Source: Octopus sinensis
Taxonomy: Eukaryota
Direction of reading: 5' to 3'
Assembly: GCF_006345805.1 (NCBI RefSeq)
Contig: NC_043010.1
Span: 28,458,001 to 28,522,000 of the forward strand
DNA: 64,000 nt
The position numbers and the translations under genes were made by a program. Positions 1-14,582 of this stretch are shown piece by piece; positions within the stretch are counted from its first letter, which is position 1; each line of letters begins with the position of its first letter. The notes under the pieces were generated by a model, which was not told the origin of the DNA, did not search any database, and saw only the letters and a program-made list of their open reading frames with translations.

Positions 1-2990
1 AGCGAACCATTAACTTGGACTTGGAAGGAGCGATCTGAGAGGAAGGCACCAACCCATTGTACAATAATCCGGATGGAAACTATATGCTTGAAGCTTGACA
101 AGTAATAGGCGGTGGTTAACCGAGTCAAAAGCTTTGGAAAAGTCCAATAAAACGATCTCAACAGCATCACCATCATCCAGGATACGCGTCACCAATTCTT
201 CCATTACCAGTAAGTTGGTCAAGCATGATCTCTTCGGCATGAAGTCGTGAAGGGAATCAGAGATAGAGGCTGTGTTTTGGAGGTGGAGCAACATACTTTT
301 CTTAAGGATGGTTTCGAACATCTTGCTGATTATTGAAGTAAGGGAAACCGGCCGGTAGTTAAGCAGGTCTTCGCGGCTCCCTTTCTTGAAAATCGGGCAG
401 ATTATCACTGTTCTCCAGTCCGCAGGTATAACACCCGTCGCAAATGACATATTGAATAGAAGTGTTAAAGGTTCACAGATGACCAGAGCCAACGCTTTGA
501 TAACCTGTGGGTGTATGCCATCAGGGCCATGACCCTTGTTGACATTGAAGCCTTGAATAACGCGTTCGACTTCGTCCCGAGTGATGACCAATCTAGGCAT
601 TGGAGGTACCGATTTATCAAATGGAAGGGGTTCACGACCATCATCTTGTTTGAAAATTAAATAACTGACTCTGCTGATAAGGGTCCTCAATCGATACGCC
701 TGTTGAGTTTACCAACGTTGCAATTTGGTTGTTCAAGTGGGAATTCCATTGGACATGGGCAAAGAAGGTTTTTGGATTACGACTGGCATTTGCTGCAATT
801 CTGTATTCATATCTGAAGCGTACTTCCTTTTCAATTTTCACGGCTCGGTCTCGTTGAGTTTTGTACACCTCAAAAGCTGCAGTCGAATCTAGATTTTTGA
901 ATTCAGCCCAAGCAATATCTCTGAGTCGAAGTTCTTGTTTAACCTTCTTCGTCACCCAGGGCTTGTGTTTCTTCTTCTTGGGAAGCCCAACGGGAACTGC
1001 TTGGTCAGTCAACCAGATTACATATGCTTTGAGGGACGACCATAGTTCGTCAACTGAGGACATCGTCATCAGGGATCGCCAGTCCAGACTCGGTAAGAAT
1101 TTCAAGATTGATTGCAGAGAAGACTCTACATGACAGCGAAGTAGTTGTAGGTGTAGAAAAAGTTGTGTGCATGTCGAACTTCAGGACTGCGTGATCACTC
1201 TTGGCAAGAGGGGCGCACACAGATAAGCCTGACACTGATCTTGGATAGCGGGAGAATACCAGATCCAGCACAGATGACTGCTGCCCAGACCGATGCCTTG
1301 TCGGAGATTCAACATGTTGCAATAGAAAACAATCTTCAGCCACGTCAAGAAGGGGCTGGCCAAACCGGGAGGATGATGTACAAATTGATGCAGGCCAGTC
1401 GATCGTGGGAGCATTGAAGTCTCCTAATATCAAACATTCATGAGAAGCTGAAACGAATCTTATCACTTCAAGTAAATGAGAATCGTCCTGGGGGTCACCA
1501 AGAGGTGGCCTGTAGACAGCTAACACAGGCAGGCAAAACCCGGATAGGCTCAGCTTGCAATAGACGGCATCAAAGTTTGTTGTAGGTTGAGCATTAGCGG
1601 GTAGAATACCACTGGACGGTTTGAGATCAGATTTAACATACACAGCAACACCTCCACCTCGCCTTTTTTCTGTCACATCTGAAGAGGGCGTAGCCCTGAA
1701 GGTGGTTTTCCGAGTCCTTTACTGCTGGAGTCAGCCAAGTCTCGGTGATAGCTATCACATCTGGGGAATCACGCATGGCCAGTGTAAAAAATTCGCTGAA
1801 CTTTGGAAATAAGGAGCATGAGTTGGTATAGACGATGCTGAGCTGTGAAGTTTGAGGGGCGGGAATTAGGGAACAAGCAGAATAAGGGGTATCAGAGATA
1901 GCATCGTTGTCGGGGGTATCTACTTTACTTCGATTCGCCCTCAATTCACTTTCCCTGTCAGCACTACAGCATGCAACCAGAGGTAGGACTTGATTATGTG
2001 TCCATCTTGGATGCGTAAACCCTTCTCTCCTATCTGTTTTCTCATCTTCAGTTCGGATATCAGGTTTCTCCGACGAATTCTTTCTCTCAGTGAGTATTCC
2101 TCGCGAAAACCCATATTGGGGTCCTCCCAGGCAAGCTTCTGAGCTCTGTTCAGAAAGGTTGAAGCCTCCTGATCGGAAGAAAAGATTACTCTTATTGGGC
2201 ATGGTCTAGTGTCTGAGGTTGGGTTCACTTGGAATCTTCCTAGCCAAGCAACCTTATGGATACTGACATTTTCATTGACAGAGAACAATTCTCCAACTAA
2301 AACGGAAACAAAATTTATGTCATCTTTTAGGCATTTTATGCCTGTATCACCGGTGGATTCAGCTTTACCACAAATGATTGCTGATCTTGAGTGGGCAAAA
2401 TGGTCGTTCTGTTCTCTACTGTGAACTGTGGCATTCGATTCTTCGCCGGATAAATTAGAAAGGGCGGTTTCGTAGCCATCAGACTTATGTAGGCCTTTGG
2501 GGTCAATCGGAATGGGTTTAGTGGTCATAACTTTCCCGCCTGTTTTGGAACTGCACTGCCTCTTCTTCGTTTTGGAGAAGCACCACTCCCCAGATGAACT
2601 CACATCAAGATCATTCAGAATTGGTTGAGCAATGGCGTTGATGGGAAGGACGAATGAGGGAGAATCCAAACAGACTTGATCTTGAGCAGGTTTCGCAGCT
2701 AAATCTGCCCCACTGGAGTTTTGACTACGTTTCTTCTTTTTGGGAGAACGGTCTTCAGGTGAGTTTAAGTCTACGCTCCTCAATTCAGGTTGGGGAACCT
2801 CCAGGACTGAAATGGCAGATGATGAAGAATCCGCACAGATACGATCATGAGTGGAAACAACCGCCGGTTCTTTCGCCTTCTTTGGCCGCTTCGATTTTGA
2901 TCCCTTCAGTTTGGAAGTCTTTAGGGAAGAAATCAAGGGTGACTCTGCGTCAATAGGAGACTTTGAATGGGATTCAGTTTGTTTATTCTG
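1..2990 (-). mobile_element. CR1-clade non-LTR retrotransposon (ORF1 + APE endonuclease + RT), frameshifted, running off the window start
   Basis: Minus-strand ORFs in LINE order. ORF1-like 1941-2936 (RLGR-like LGRF...RPCPIRVIF...ERIRRRNLISELK). Endonuclease 1050-1830 (IVYTNSCSL, IAITETWL, GGGVAVYV, LILGDFNAP, SDH). RT 10-690 (GPDGIHP, PIFKKG, NYRPVSLTS, LDFSKAFDSVNH). The 5' boundary is approximate. Confidence 0.9.
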
Positions 2991-3515
2991 TAAATGGATT
3001 TATAAGCCTATTTGCCAAAAGGAATACTATTCTGAATGATTGGAACTTATGTTAACCGTTAAGCATTCAGATTATTCTGTCAAATGCAATGCTTACTTGT
3101 TTACATTATTTTGAATTAATCGTGCATTATCTTGTAGCTTTGAGATTTCAATGATGTGATTGTCTATTTTTAGAATGGCATTGTAAGGTATGTGGGAGAA
3201 AGTGGATCTGGCCAGTTTGAGCATAAAACAGTTAAGATATTTGGGTTTGATATAGATGGTTTAAACAAAGCTCTAGTCAGGTTCCAATCTTAGATGTATG
3301 CTAGACGTATATATTTTATAGAAGATTAAAAAAAAAAACTAAAGGTCAAGGTTTGTCTGCAAATCCTATGTTTAACACTCCAGACACATGTTGGTGCAGA
3401 AACATATTCTGGAAATAAATTGCTCTTTGATGTAACACACAGGCAGTGGCACTTGCAGAAAAACTTAAAACAATGACTGATGTTTTCACACACATGCACA
3501 CTCCTCTGCATAATA

Positions 3516-4327
3516 TTGGGTTGTCCAGAAAGTTTGTGCCGATTTATAGTACCTTACCTTTCAACTCATTTTAGAACATGGTTGAGTCCATAAAATAGGA
3601 TTTGACTACACCTCCATTTAGAGCAAACTTTAAGCTATCTTTTCATGGAAGAAGGTTTATGTTCCTATAACCTGTGTTAATTCTGTAACCCTTTAAAATG
3701 GAAGAAAATAAAGTTCATTTTGGCACTTGCTGCTTTGGGAACCAGACAAAAATTGCTGCAGCTCGGCTGGGATGTGTTACCCCGCTCTCCATATTCACCA
3801 GATATTGCTCCTTCAGATTTCCACTTATTCAGGTCTCTGCAGAATAGTCTTAATGGTAAAAATTTCAATTCCTTGGGTGACATAAAAAGATTCCTTGATG
3901 AATTCTTTGCCATGAAACCACCACAATTCTGGGAAGAGGGTATTTTCAAGTTAAAGGAAAGATGGAGACGTATTGTGCAAAAACTCTATCTGCGACGATT
4001 TCATCTCAATCGAAGGAGAGGGGCTTTCTCCGTCCAGGTTGCGGATCCGTGGAATAAGCTGCCGGACGAGATGGTGAAGATGCCGACGACCGCTCGGTTC
4101 AAAGTCTCCCTTGACCACAAGTGGCCTGAACTCTTTACATGAACACCACCCTGTACATAACTCCATGTCTGCCTACATGGCCTTGCTTTTTGCTTTTTGA
4201 GCCAAAAAATGAACTAACTAACTAACTAACTAACTAACATATCTGGTTGATTAAAAATGTAATGGCAAGTATTTATTGACCTTTTTCTGGCCTTTAAAAA
4301 TCGGCATGAACTTTCTGGACAACCCAA
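3516..4327 (+). mobile_element. Internally deleted mariner (Tc1/mariner) element
   Basis: 30-bp TIRs at 3516-3545 (ttgggttgtccagaaagtttgtgccgattt) and 4298-4327 with 2 mismatches, flanked by TA at 3514-3515 and 4328-4329. Transposase C-terminal motif YSPDIAPSDFHLFRSLQN...KLKERWRRIV at about 3740-3980. Confidence 0.9.
3981..4238 (+). mobile_element. 5'-truncated CR1-type LINE 3' end inserted into the mariner
   Basis: Encodes a CR1 ORF2 C-terminus (FSVQVADPWNKLP...FKVSLD) and ends in a (TAAC)n tail at 4212-4238. Mariner-like sequence resumes afterwards. Confidence 0.8.
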
Positions 4328-4804
4328 TATTTTCTTGGGACCTTTGCAATGCTCCCTCTGTTAACCCTTTTGTTGCCATATCTCTGAAGTTCACAACCTT
4401 TGTTTCAATTAATTTGGAAAATAATGAAGAATTTAGCAAAACTGTCATCAACAAGCTGATATTTGGAACATAAACTGGTTTTAAGTTTTAATACAGGGCC
4501 AGCAGTTTTTTTTTTTTTTGGGGGGGGGGGGGTGATTATATCAATCCAGTATTCAGCTGGTACTTATTTTATTGACCCTGAAAGGATGAAAGGCAAAGTC
4601 AACCTCGGAGGAATTTGAACTCAGAACGCAAAGATGGACGGAATGCCTCAAAGCACTTTGCTTGGCATGCTAATGATTGTGCCGGCTCCCTGCCTTATTT
4701 GGAGCATAAATTCACAAGAAATTTCCATGGGATGTTTTAATTTAGATCACTTTAAAATAGGAAGTTTGTATCACAAAACCAGGGACTGTTTCGTGTAGGT
4801 TAGT

Positions 4805-4995
4805 ATCATCATCATCATCATCATCGTTTAACGTCCGTTTTCCATACTGGCACGGGTTGGACGGTTTGACTGAGGACTGGCAAGCCAGGAAGCTGCACCA
4901 GGCTTCAATCAGATCTGGCATGGTTTCTACAGCTGGATGCCCTTCCTAACACCAACCACTCCGAGAGTGTAGTGGGTGCTTTTTACATGCCACTA
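4805..4995 (-). mobile_element. RTE-related short repeat (3' end family with (GAT)n tail), representative copy
   Basis: (ATC)n followed by gtttaacgtccgttttcca...ggatgcccttcctaac...gtgctttttac. The same module recurs at about 5465-5800, 5995-6200, 6587-6960, 7465-7625, 8667-8830, 29920-30270, 34438-34920, 44050-44465, 51790-52410 and 56420-56730. At 30490-31300 and 43755-44040 it is linked to RTE ORF ends. Confidence 0.75.
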
Positions 4996-7756
4996 TCTAA
5001 CAGTTACTAAACTATTGTGTTCGTTTTGTTCTTTTTGGTTGGATCTGAGTTTTGAGAGGAATTCTTTCCAAGAGCAAATTCTGTTATGCACTCGAGGTTG
5101 GTCTCTTGGTAGAATTTGCAACGTAACCATGTTTGTTTGCACTTCAGTTCGACTGTGTGACACCTTGGGCAAGTGCCTTCTGCCATAGCTCTGGGTTGGA
5201 CCAAAGCTTTGCGAGCAGATTTAGTGCAAAGAAACTGGAAGAAGTCCATCATATTCTTTTACTCGTTTCAGTCAATTGACTGTGGCCATGCTGGAGCACC
5301 ACCTTTTAGTCGAAGAAATCAACCCCTGGACTTATTCTTTGTAAGCCTGGTGCTTATTCTAGTGGTATCTTGTTGAACTGCTAAGTTACGGAGACATAAA
5401 CACACCAGCAGTTGTCAAGCAATGGTGGCGGAACAAACACAGACATAAACATACACAAATATATGATCGATGCCAGTCCCACCAGACTGGTTCCTGTGTA
5501 AAAAGCACCATTCGAGTGTGGTCATTGCCAGTACCATCTGACTAGCTCCTGTGCTGGAGGTATGTAAAAAGTACCATTTGAGCATGGTTGATGCCAGTAC
5601 CGCCTGACTGGCACTCATACTAGTGGCATGTAAAAAGCACCCACTACACTCTTGGAGTGGTTGACATTAGAAAGGGCACCCAGCTGTAGAAACCATGCCA
5701 AATCAGACTGGAGGTTGTTGCAGCTTTCTGGCTTGACAGTCCTCAGTCAAACCGTCCAACCCATGCCAGCATGGAAAATGGCTGTTAAACAATGATGATG
5801 ATATATGATGGGCTTCTTTCAGTTTCTCTCTACCAAATCTACTCACAAATCTTTGGTCAGCCCGGAAGACACTTGCCCAAGGTGCCACACAGTGGGACTG
5901 AACCTGGAACCATGTGGTTGGGAAGCAACCTTCTTACCACACAAGCATGGCCACTCTCCACTGGTACAAGCTGGACATGGGATATTCATGTACACATCAT
6001 CATCATCATATCCTCCTTCCATGCTGGCATGGGTTGGATGGTTTGACATGGAGTTGGCAAGTCAGAAGACTACCCAAGGCTCTACTGTCTGTTTTGACAG
6101 GGTTTCTGAGGCTGGTTACCCTTCCTAACACCAACCACTTTACAGAATGTACTGGGTGCTGTTCATGTAGCACAAGCTGCAGTGGGGTCACCAAGTAACT
6201 TGCAGGGCAAGACCCTTCAATTGAGTGTTTATTATATAATCCTTTCTCCTCTAGGTATAAGACCCAAAATTTTGTGGGGTGTGGGGGCCAGTTGATTAGA
6301 TCAGCCTCAGTATGCAATGGTACATAAATTATCGTCCCCAAAAGGATGAAAGGCAAAGTCGACTCGGTGGGATTTGAACCCAGAACATAAATACAGATGA
6401 AAAACTGCTAAGCATTTTGTCCAGCATGTTAACATTTCTGCCAGCTTGCTGCCTTAAAATATTCTTTTCTACTCTAGGCATAAGGCCCGAAATTTTGGGG
6501 GGAGGGGGCCAGGTGATTAGATCAGTTCCCGTACCCAACTGGTACTTAATTTATCGACCCCGAAAGAATGAAAGCAAAGTTGACCTAGCATGGGTTGGAC
6601 GGTTCAAATGGGGTCTGGGAAGCCAGAGGGCTGCGCCAGGTCCAGTCTGATCTGGCAGTGTTTCTACAGCTGGATGCCCTTCCTAACGCCAACCACTCCA
6701 TGAGTAGTGGGAGCTTTTTACGTGCCACCTGCACAGGTGCCAGACAAGGCTGGCAAACGACCATGATCAGATGGTGCTTTTTACGTGCCACCAGCACGGG
6801 AGCCAGACAAGGCTGTCAACGGCCGCAATTGGATGGTGCTTTTTACGTGCTACCGGCACGGAGGCCAATCGGTGCGGCGCTGGCAACGGCCACGTTCGGA
6901 TGGTCCTCTTACATGCCACCGGCACTGGTATCACAGCTACAATTTCCATTGATGTTGATCGATTTCGATCTTAGTGTATATTACATATAGGCAGATCAAA
7001 AATTGACAAAAGAAAAGGGGAAAAAAAAACAAAAGACAGTAACTATATTAGGTTGACACTCAGTGAGAGCTTTAGATGGGAAAATAGGAGTGGAAATGAT
7101 GTTTCAAGCATGGCTCTTTGTTGGAAAGTGGGAAAAGTCCGGCTACCAAATCCACTTATGAGGTTTTGATCAATCTGGGGCTATTACAGTACCAAATGAA
7201 AAGGAGGAAGGAAGAAATAGTTTGGAGAAAAGAAAATGTCATTGAGCGCCAGTTTTATATAAGTGATGTTCATTTCCAATTTTCCATAGAAATAAGTTTG
7301 GCCATGGGGAAATTATGTAGTTTGGAAACAGGTGAGGGTTGGTGACAGGAAAGATATTCAGCTACAGAAATATGCCTTAATGAATTCCATCTGATCCATG
7401 CAAAACATGAAAAAGTAGACATGAAAATAACAATGATGAAGTTTTATAGTGTTGTAAAAATCACCCAGTATACTCTGTTAAGTGGTTGGCATTAGGAAGG
7501 GCATCCAGCCATAGAACCATGCCACAACAGACAATTGGAGTCTGGACAGCTCCTTGCTAGCCAGCTCCATGTCAAACTGTCTGACCCATGCCAGCATGGA
7601 AAGCAGATGTTAAACAATGATGTTATGAAATGAGAAAGCTTAGTGTGGACGAATGATTCATAAGAGATGATCTGGCTGCATCATCATCCACTCTCCATGC
7701 TGGCATCAGTTGGACAATTTGGCAGGAGCTGGCCAGGCACCAAATGTCTGTTGTTG

Positions 7757-8220
7757 CATCATCATCATTGTTCAACCGTGGTCGAGACAATAGAATTTAC
7801 TATGTTACGCCAGACTTCCCGGTCCATCATAGCATTACGGAGGTCCTGTTGCTGGATGCCTGGAGATTACATCAGGATAGGAGAGTGTGTGCCCTCTGGT
7901 AGGAGAAGAGTAGAAATTACCTCATTTTCAGCTCTACAACAATGTCCAGCAAACTGGACTCTTCTACCTTTCACAAGAGATGATACAGGTGGTAGTTTCC
8001 CATATATTTGTACTTTGGTTGTATGACGCTTCCACGAGAGATTTTGAGCTCTCATAAGGAGGCGAGTGTAAGTTCCATCCAACCGCCTCTCAAGCTTCTT
8101 TGATAACGTCCAGGTTTCTGATCCATATAGTAGAATTGGTTCAACTGTGGCTTTGAAGATTTTAAGTTTGAAATCTCTACTTAGATTTGATGACCAGATC
8201 TTATGCATATCATTACAGGC
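7757..8220 (-). mobile_element. RTE-clade LINE 3' fragment
   Basis: ORF 7867-8208 contains KIFKATVEPILLYGSETWTL...VQFAGHC. A (GAT)n tail lies at the left end. Confidence 0.8.
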
Positions 8221-10772
8221 TGGATGCCCTCCCTAACGCCAACCACTTTACAGAGTGTACTGGGTGCTTTTTATATATCATCATCGTTTAATGTCCATTT
8301 TCCATGCTAGCATGGGTTGGATGGTTCGACCGAGGTCTGGGAAGCTAGGAGGCTGCACCATGCTCGAAGGATTTAGAAAAAAAATTGGCTCAAAATCCAA
8401 GCTCCTGGTAGTTAAGTATCAGACAAGGTTCTTTATTCAGCTGCCTACTTTTAATCGTTGTTCTTCAGGTAATCTCACAGGATGCTCATGGAAGTGACTA
8501 TCAGCATATAAGTCAGAGATACTGAAGAATCTGGTGCAGAACATCTTATGTTCCAGTTTGGAAAATAGTCACGAGTTGAAGAATCTGAAGGTAAAATTGA
8601 ACAACACTAGCATTTCAGGTGCCTTTAACTACAGGCCTGGGACAAAGAAAACTTAGGAATGGATTTCATCATCATCATCATTTAATGTTCGTTTTCCATG
8701 CTGGCATGGGTTGGATGGTTTGGTAGAAGCTGGCAAGGCTGGGACCTGCACCAGGCTCCATTGTCCGTTTTGGTATGGTTTCTACGTCTGGATGCCCTTC
8801 CTAATGCCAACCACTTTACAGAATGTGCTGAGTGATGTGGTGCTATCACCAGTGCTTTTTACACAGGTGCAAACTGAAAGAAGCCCATTGTGTGTGTGTG
8901 TGTGTATTCTTTTATTCTTTTACTTGTTTCAGTCATTTGACTACAGCCATGCTGGAGCACCGCCTGCATATGTGTGTGTGTGTATATGTGTGTTTAGATG
9001 CGTGTTTGTGTCTCCTTGTCTTGATACCATGTGACAGTTGTAAACAAGTGACACTATTACACATGTTGAGTCATGTGGAAATATTAACTTGCTTCGAAAC
9101 AGGTGAGGTATCTGACAAAAGAAAATCTGCCGCAACAAATTCTGTCTGATCCATGGAACCATGGAAAAGTAGATGTTAAAATGATGATGACATCTGAAGT
9201 ATCAACTGGCAACAGGGACCCATTAAAGCTGAAGCAGCAAAGTAAGGGCCTTACTTTGAGACAAAGGTCAAAGTTAGCAGCACCTTGGTTTCCTGTAATA
9301 AATGCAGTACACCATCATCATAGTTTTAATGATCACTTTTTCATGCTTGCATGGATTGGGTGAAATTTTTTGAGGTGGACTTTTTATGGCCAGATGCCTT
9401 TCCTGTCACCAACCCTTACACATTTCCAAGCAAGGCAATATTTTCCCATGACCAGACATATTTTCACAGAATATTGGAAATGAGGGACATTACTTGACTG
9501 ATGATGATAGCCACTAACAATTATGTGATGTCAAGAGGCAAAGAGACAGGAACATGAACAGACACACACACATATATGCACATACACAAGTTTCCTTTAG
9601 TTTCCATATATGCAAACCCACTAACAAGGCTTTTGTTAGCTTGGGGTTATAGGAGACACTTGCCTCATGCAGTGAGACTTAACCTGGATCCATGAGATCA
9701 GGAATCAAGCTTCTTACTACACAGCCACATATAGGTCTAAATAGATATACAAAAGATGTAGTTGGATTTCTGATGGATTGCCAGATGAGTGGAAACCATT
9801 TATAACTTTAAATAATTCCACATGCATTCATCATCAACAAACCCTCTTTCAGGGAAGCAATCTTAGGGCTATTATGCCTGATCCATTTCCCCTCTTTGGC
9901 TGCCTGTCAATCATTTCTATCCATGCTTGTCAGATATTTAGCATTGATAATGGTTATCTTTAGCCTCTCCTATGAGATCCTTTTTGGATAATTTTTCTGT
10001 AGTTTCCATTGCTGTGGCTGAAGTTGTGCAAGCAGCTTGTATGGCAATGCTGACTGAGCCATTTCACTTGCATGTTCAGGAATTAATTCAGAAATATCTG
10101 CTGGCAATAGCAAAGCTGAATGTGATCATTCTCCACATGATTAATCTGTTGTGCTCCATTCCAAGAATTTAATCAAGTATCATCACCACCACCATTATCA
10201 TTATCCTCTTCATCATCATTATTATTATTATTACTATTATTATACAGAGTGCTGGTAGAATTGTTAGCATGCCAGGTGAAATGCTTAGCGGCATTTCCAT
10301 TCATCTTTACGTTCTGAGTTCAAATTCCACCAAGGTCGACTTTGCCTTTCATTCTTTCAGGGTCAATGAAATAAGTACCAGTGTTGTACTGGGGATCGAT
10401 ATAACTGACTTACCCACTCCTGCGAAACTACCAGCCTTGTGTCAACATTTGAAATCATTATTCCAACGCCATTATTTAACTCTAGCTTTCCATGCCAGTA
10501 TGGGTTGGACGGTTTGGCAGGATCTGACAAAACACAGGGCTGCACTTAGCACCAATGTTAGCTATGGCATGGCATCTGCAAGTGGATACACTAGCTAATA
10601 CCTACCAATTCATAGACTATACAGGGTGCTTTGTTTATGACACCTGTGCCTCTTAACTTGCGAGGCTATTATCATCAAGTTTTTTTTCTGTACCTGAAGG
10701 AGAACAGAAGGAGTGGATGATGATCCCAAGCAGAGAATGAGGAAGTATAGCAAAGATTGAGAGACTGATTAA

Positions 10773-10898
10773 CCCTTTGAGCCCATAACACAGGTTTACC
10801 GGTGAACATCTTATTTTTCTCTATACTGTAGCACTGCTCTATCAGTGGAGAGCTAGGTATATGGTCAAATAAGGTTTAGGAGGTCAGGGCTCAAAGGG
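10773..10898. mobile_element. piggyBac-type MITE (about 126 bp)
   Basis: Perfect 12-bp TIRs ccctttgagccc (10773-10784) and gggctcaaaggg (10887-10898), flanked by TTAA on the left and TTAG on the right. Confidence 0.6.
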
Positions 10899-12815
10899 TT
10901 AGGAGAGACATTACGACCTATGGGTTGCTGAAGTAGGAAGCAGGTCACCAAGAGTTACCCTCAGACAAAACACCTGTGCTTGATGCTTCTAATATAGTGA
11001 ACACTGCTAAGGGTTCCCAAGATCCAGGTAATTGTGTTAAACCAGGTGATGGATAAAATCTACCTCCTCAGAAGGGGCACAGTCCATTTAGCTTCCACAG
11101 TCTTCATCTGCACACTTTCTCTCAGGTTTGGGGTGACTCGAGTCCACAGTAGAAGTTACAGGCCAAAGATGCTCAACAGTGAAATTGAACCCAGAACCAC
11201 ACAATTGCAAATCAAATTTCTCAACTGACCCGTCAGGCTAATGCCCACATAACCACCATGAACTGAAGCCTGTAACTACAAAACAGTTTGTTGACAGGTT
11301 TGTGGTTGAGCCTGAGGCAGTGGAGACTTCTGTCATGCCTGGCTTCTGGGCCACATCTCTGTTCACTGCTATTAAGATAGAGATGGATATTTGCAAGTGT
11401 AAGCCCCACTAGTCAGAATGGCTGTTCCAGCCCATCTTCTGAGGCAACACCTTTTCCAGTTTGTTCACTGGGACCATAAGGTGGACTGTCAAGCAGTTTT
11501 AGCTGCTTGTTACTTGTAGTTTTATTGCAACATTGCTTCTGTTTATATTGAAATCTATTTATGAATACATTTTGTTTGTTGGAAGGCAAAAGTAATCATT
11601 CAAGTGACATACACAGGTTCTGAAAGTGGAACTTTGAAGATAAGCTCAATGGCTGGAATTTAAAGAGAAGATAAACATTTAAAGATTGCTGCTGCTGCTA
11701 CTACTAGAATACAAAACCAATAATGAGTTAAAAAAAAAAAAGAAACAGCTGTGTGCTTGCTTGACTTACTAGAAATTGTAACCAGATTTCCCTCAAATCA
11801 CACCACACTGTTTGAAAGAAAGGACGCGTTAGAAAATGTAGTCCTTGAGACTACACAGTTATGATTTTTAATCTTAGGTCAGCTTATATAACAACAATAA
11901 AAACAATGAGAAAACCATTAAAGAATGAGAGTCAATAAATCAGTCTTAAAAGTAAGGACAGCATGTCTGTCATAAAGATAAGATGGGCAAAGAAAAATAT
12001 GGACCTATGTCATAACGTAATAAATTAATGCAATTTCCCACAAATGAACGCATATAATCAAATTATGAATAGATTAATGACATAAACGAATACATACATA
12101 AACTTATACAAAATCTTATGCATAACTGTATAGACAGAGACACACACACACACCTGAAGTTCCTTGAGTAACTCTTGTGATATTCTCAGCAAATAAAAGA
12201 TAATATATACTTGTTCGTAAAAACCAAGCAGGCTTGTTTATCCCTATATTATACATCAACTCTTTACACGTGTACAAAGAAGTTTATAAACACAGGTATA
12301 TTGAATAGCCAAGCCAATCACAATAATTCTGCCTACAACAAACAGCTGATAGAATTTGCCATTTTGCTGTAAATCATGACAAAGCATAAACGTGTGTTCC
12401 ATAAATACGTCAGGTTCCTCAAAATAAAACACATTTAAAGCGTGTCTTACTTGTGGGACACCTGGTTCACACATACATCCCCCCACAATGGTTATTAAGA
12501 AACATTCCCTACCTTTGCCCCAATTAAGCGAAATTTCTGCATTTGCCTCCATACACACTACCACCACCTGAAACTAATTTGGTTTCTAGCAAGTTCTAAA
12601 TATGTTAGCCTGTTTCTTTCTATAATAATAATAATAATAATAATATCCACCACGAACAGTAGCAATTACAGTATTGAACAAGACTTACAGGAGGGAAAAA
12701 TGTCAAATCACACATACACACACGATTGTGTGTGTATGACACGCATTCACGTAAACATATACGCCTAACACTCCTACACAGATCCGTCTCAACGTGACGC
12801 CTGTATGTATACACA

Positions 12816-12863
<48 letters not shown>

Positions 12864-14502
12864 ATAGCTATATGCACACACACACACACAAATCACGCGT
12901 TCGCGCGGTGTCCGTCACTATGTGTGCGTGCGTTTAATATCGTATAAATGGCAAATTGCGTCTGACTGACTGGACCAACAATTTATGTATACATATATAA
13001 ATTTTTGCCTTAAAATGACAAAATTCACGGACAAGAGACACACGTCATGTTAGCTATATAACTATTATTATTGTTGATGATGGTTGAAAGGTTGTAGATG
13101 AAGGTTCGAGATGCCGAACCATTCATATTTTCCTTTCTCCCCATGCCACACATTTTTTTCTAGTCTGGACTCTGAACTCTTGAGTTCAAATAACACCGGG
13201 TTCGGCTTCACCTTTTGTCCCTCTTCAGTCCATTAAACTCTTAACCAGTGGACCCAGGTCAATTTAACGGGACTGTAGTTTTCCCCCTTTATACTACTAA
13301 TATGAGAATTTTTTTTAAAATTCTGATTTAGGCACGAAGCCGGAAATTTTAGAGGTAGGGCTTAGTCCATTAAATCGATCTCAGGGTCAACTTTGTCTTT
13401 CGTCCCTTTCGGGATTGATAAAATTACCGCTGATAGTAGACCACCAGGTTGATTCAAACGGGTATTATATTGTCCTCCTCCTCCTGCAGATGTGAAAAAC
13501 GATAATAATTTTGGCACAAGTCAAACAATTATGAAGAGAGGGGGAAGTCGATTACACAGACCCCAATACATAACTGGTACTCATTTGATTGACCCCGATT
13601 ATAATTTCTTATAAGCATACATGGTGCCAAAAATGCTTTCAATGTTTTCTTGTGGACAGGCAAAAATCGGTGAGGGAGGGGTTCGTTACGTGCCTTGGCC
13701 TTCCATAGGGCCCATACACTCCACTCCTACTTCCATACAGTATGTGTGAGTTTGTGTCTAACACAGAAATCAATACTCTTTTTTTTTCCCCACAGATCGA
13801 TCGGACCTGTAAGATTGCAACGTTCATGCCATTCCCAGCGATATATTAGCAAATACGAGTGATACGTCGTCTCTTGCTGTGAATGGAACCCAGAACCGGC
13901 CGGGGAGCTTCATTTTTACTCTTAAGTATTTACCATTGTTAATCAACAGTGTAGCTATAAGTATTTTTAATATTTTATATAAGAACCCAGGCCATTTTCT
14001 CTTAATTATTGGCACTAATTAGATTGAAGCTGGAGGGATGAAAGGTTAAGCCGGCTCGAGTGGGGAAAAGGATTTGAACATGGAACCGAAAAGATGGTAA
14101 CTAAATAAAATACAATAATGAATTTAATTACTGCTGATCATTCCAGATAGAAGAGGGTTGTGAGAGGAACAAAAAATAAAAAAGGCTTCGAGAATCAGTA
14201 TTCTGGTTCGAATTCCAGTCGTAGCTAATTCCATCTCCATCAACTGTATCGTTAAACTGAGAGAGCCATGAAGCTCACACAATTATTACATTTGTAAATG
14301 TGTAGATTCTGCGTTTAAACACACACAAACACACACACATATATATACATTTGGCGATAAGAGATTTATGCTTCAGGCAAGCTCAAATACGCGACCCGGT
14401 TTCGATTTCCGGTTGTAGCCATTTCATTCTACGTGACTGTCTAATGCCCTTGAGACAAGAATAAACGTCACAATCGCACTTAACCCTCTACCCTAGACCT
14501 CT

Positions 14503-14515
14503 ATACATACATACA

Positions 14516-14572
<57 letters not shown>

Positions 14573-14582
14573 CACACACACA
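14503..14582. repeat. Compound (TACA)n/(TA)n/(CA)n microsatellite
   Basis: Read directly. Similar arrays occur at about 12819-12890, 15136-15185, 27723-27785, 27966-28027, 29766-29815, 33703-33888 and 61315-61512. Confidence 0.95.

Noticed and set aside
3720-4142. SETMAR-like domesticated gene
   Set aside because: Only the transposase C-terminus is present, between TIRs, fused to a LINE fragment, with no SET domain.
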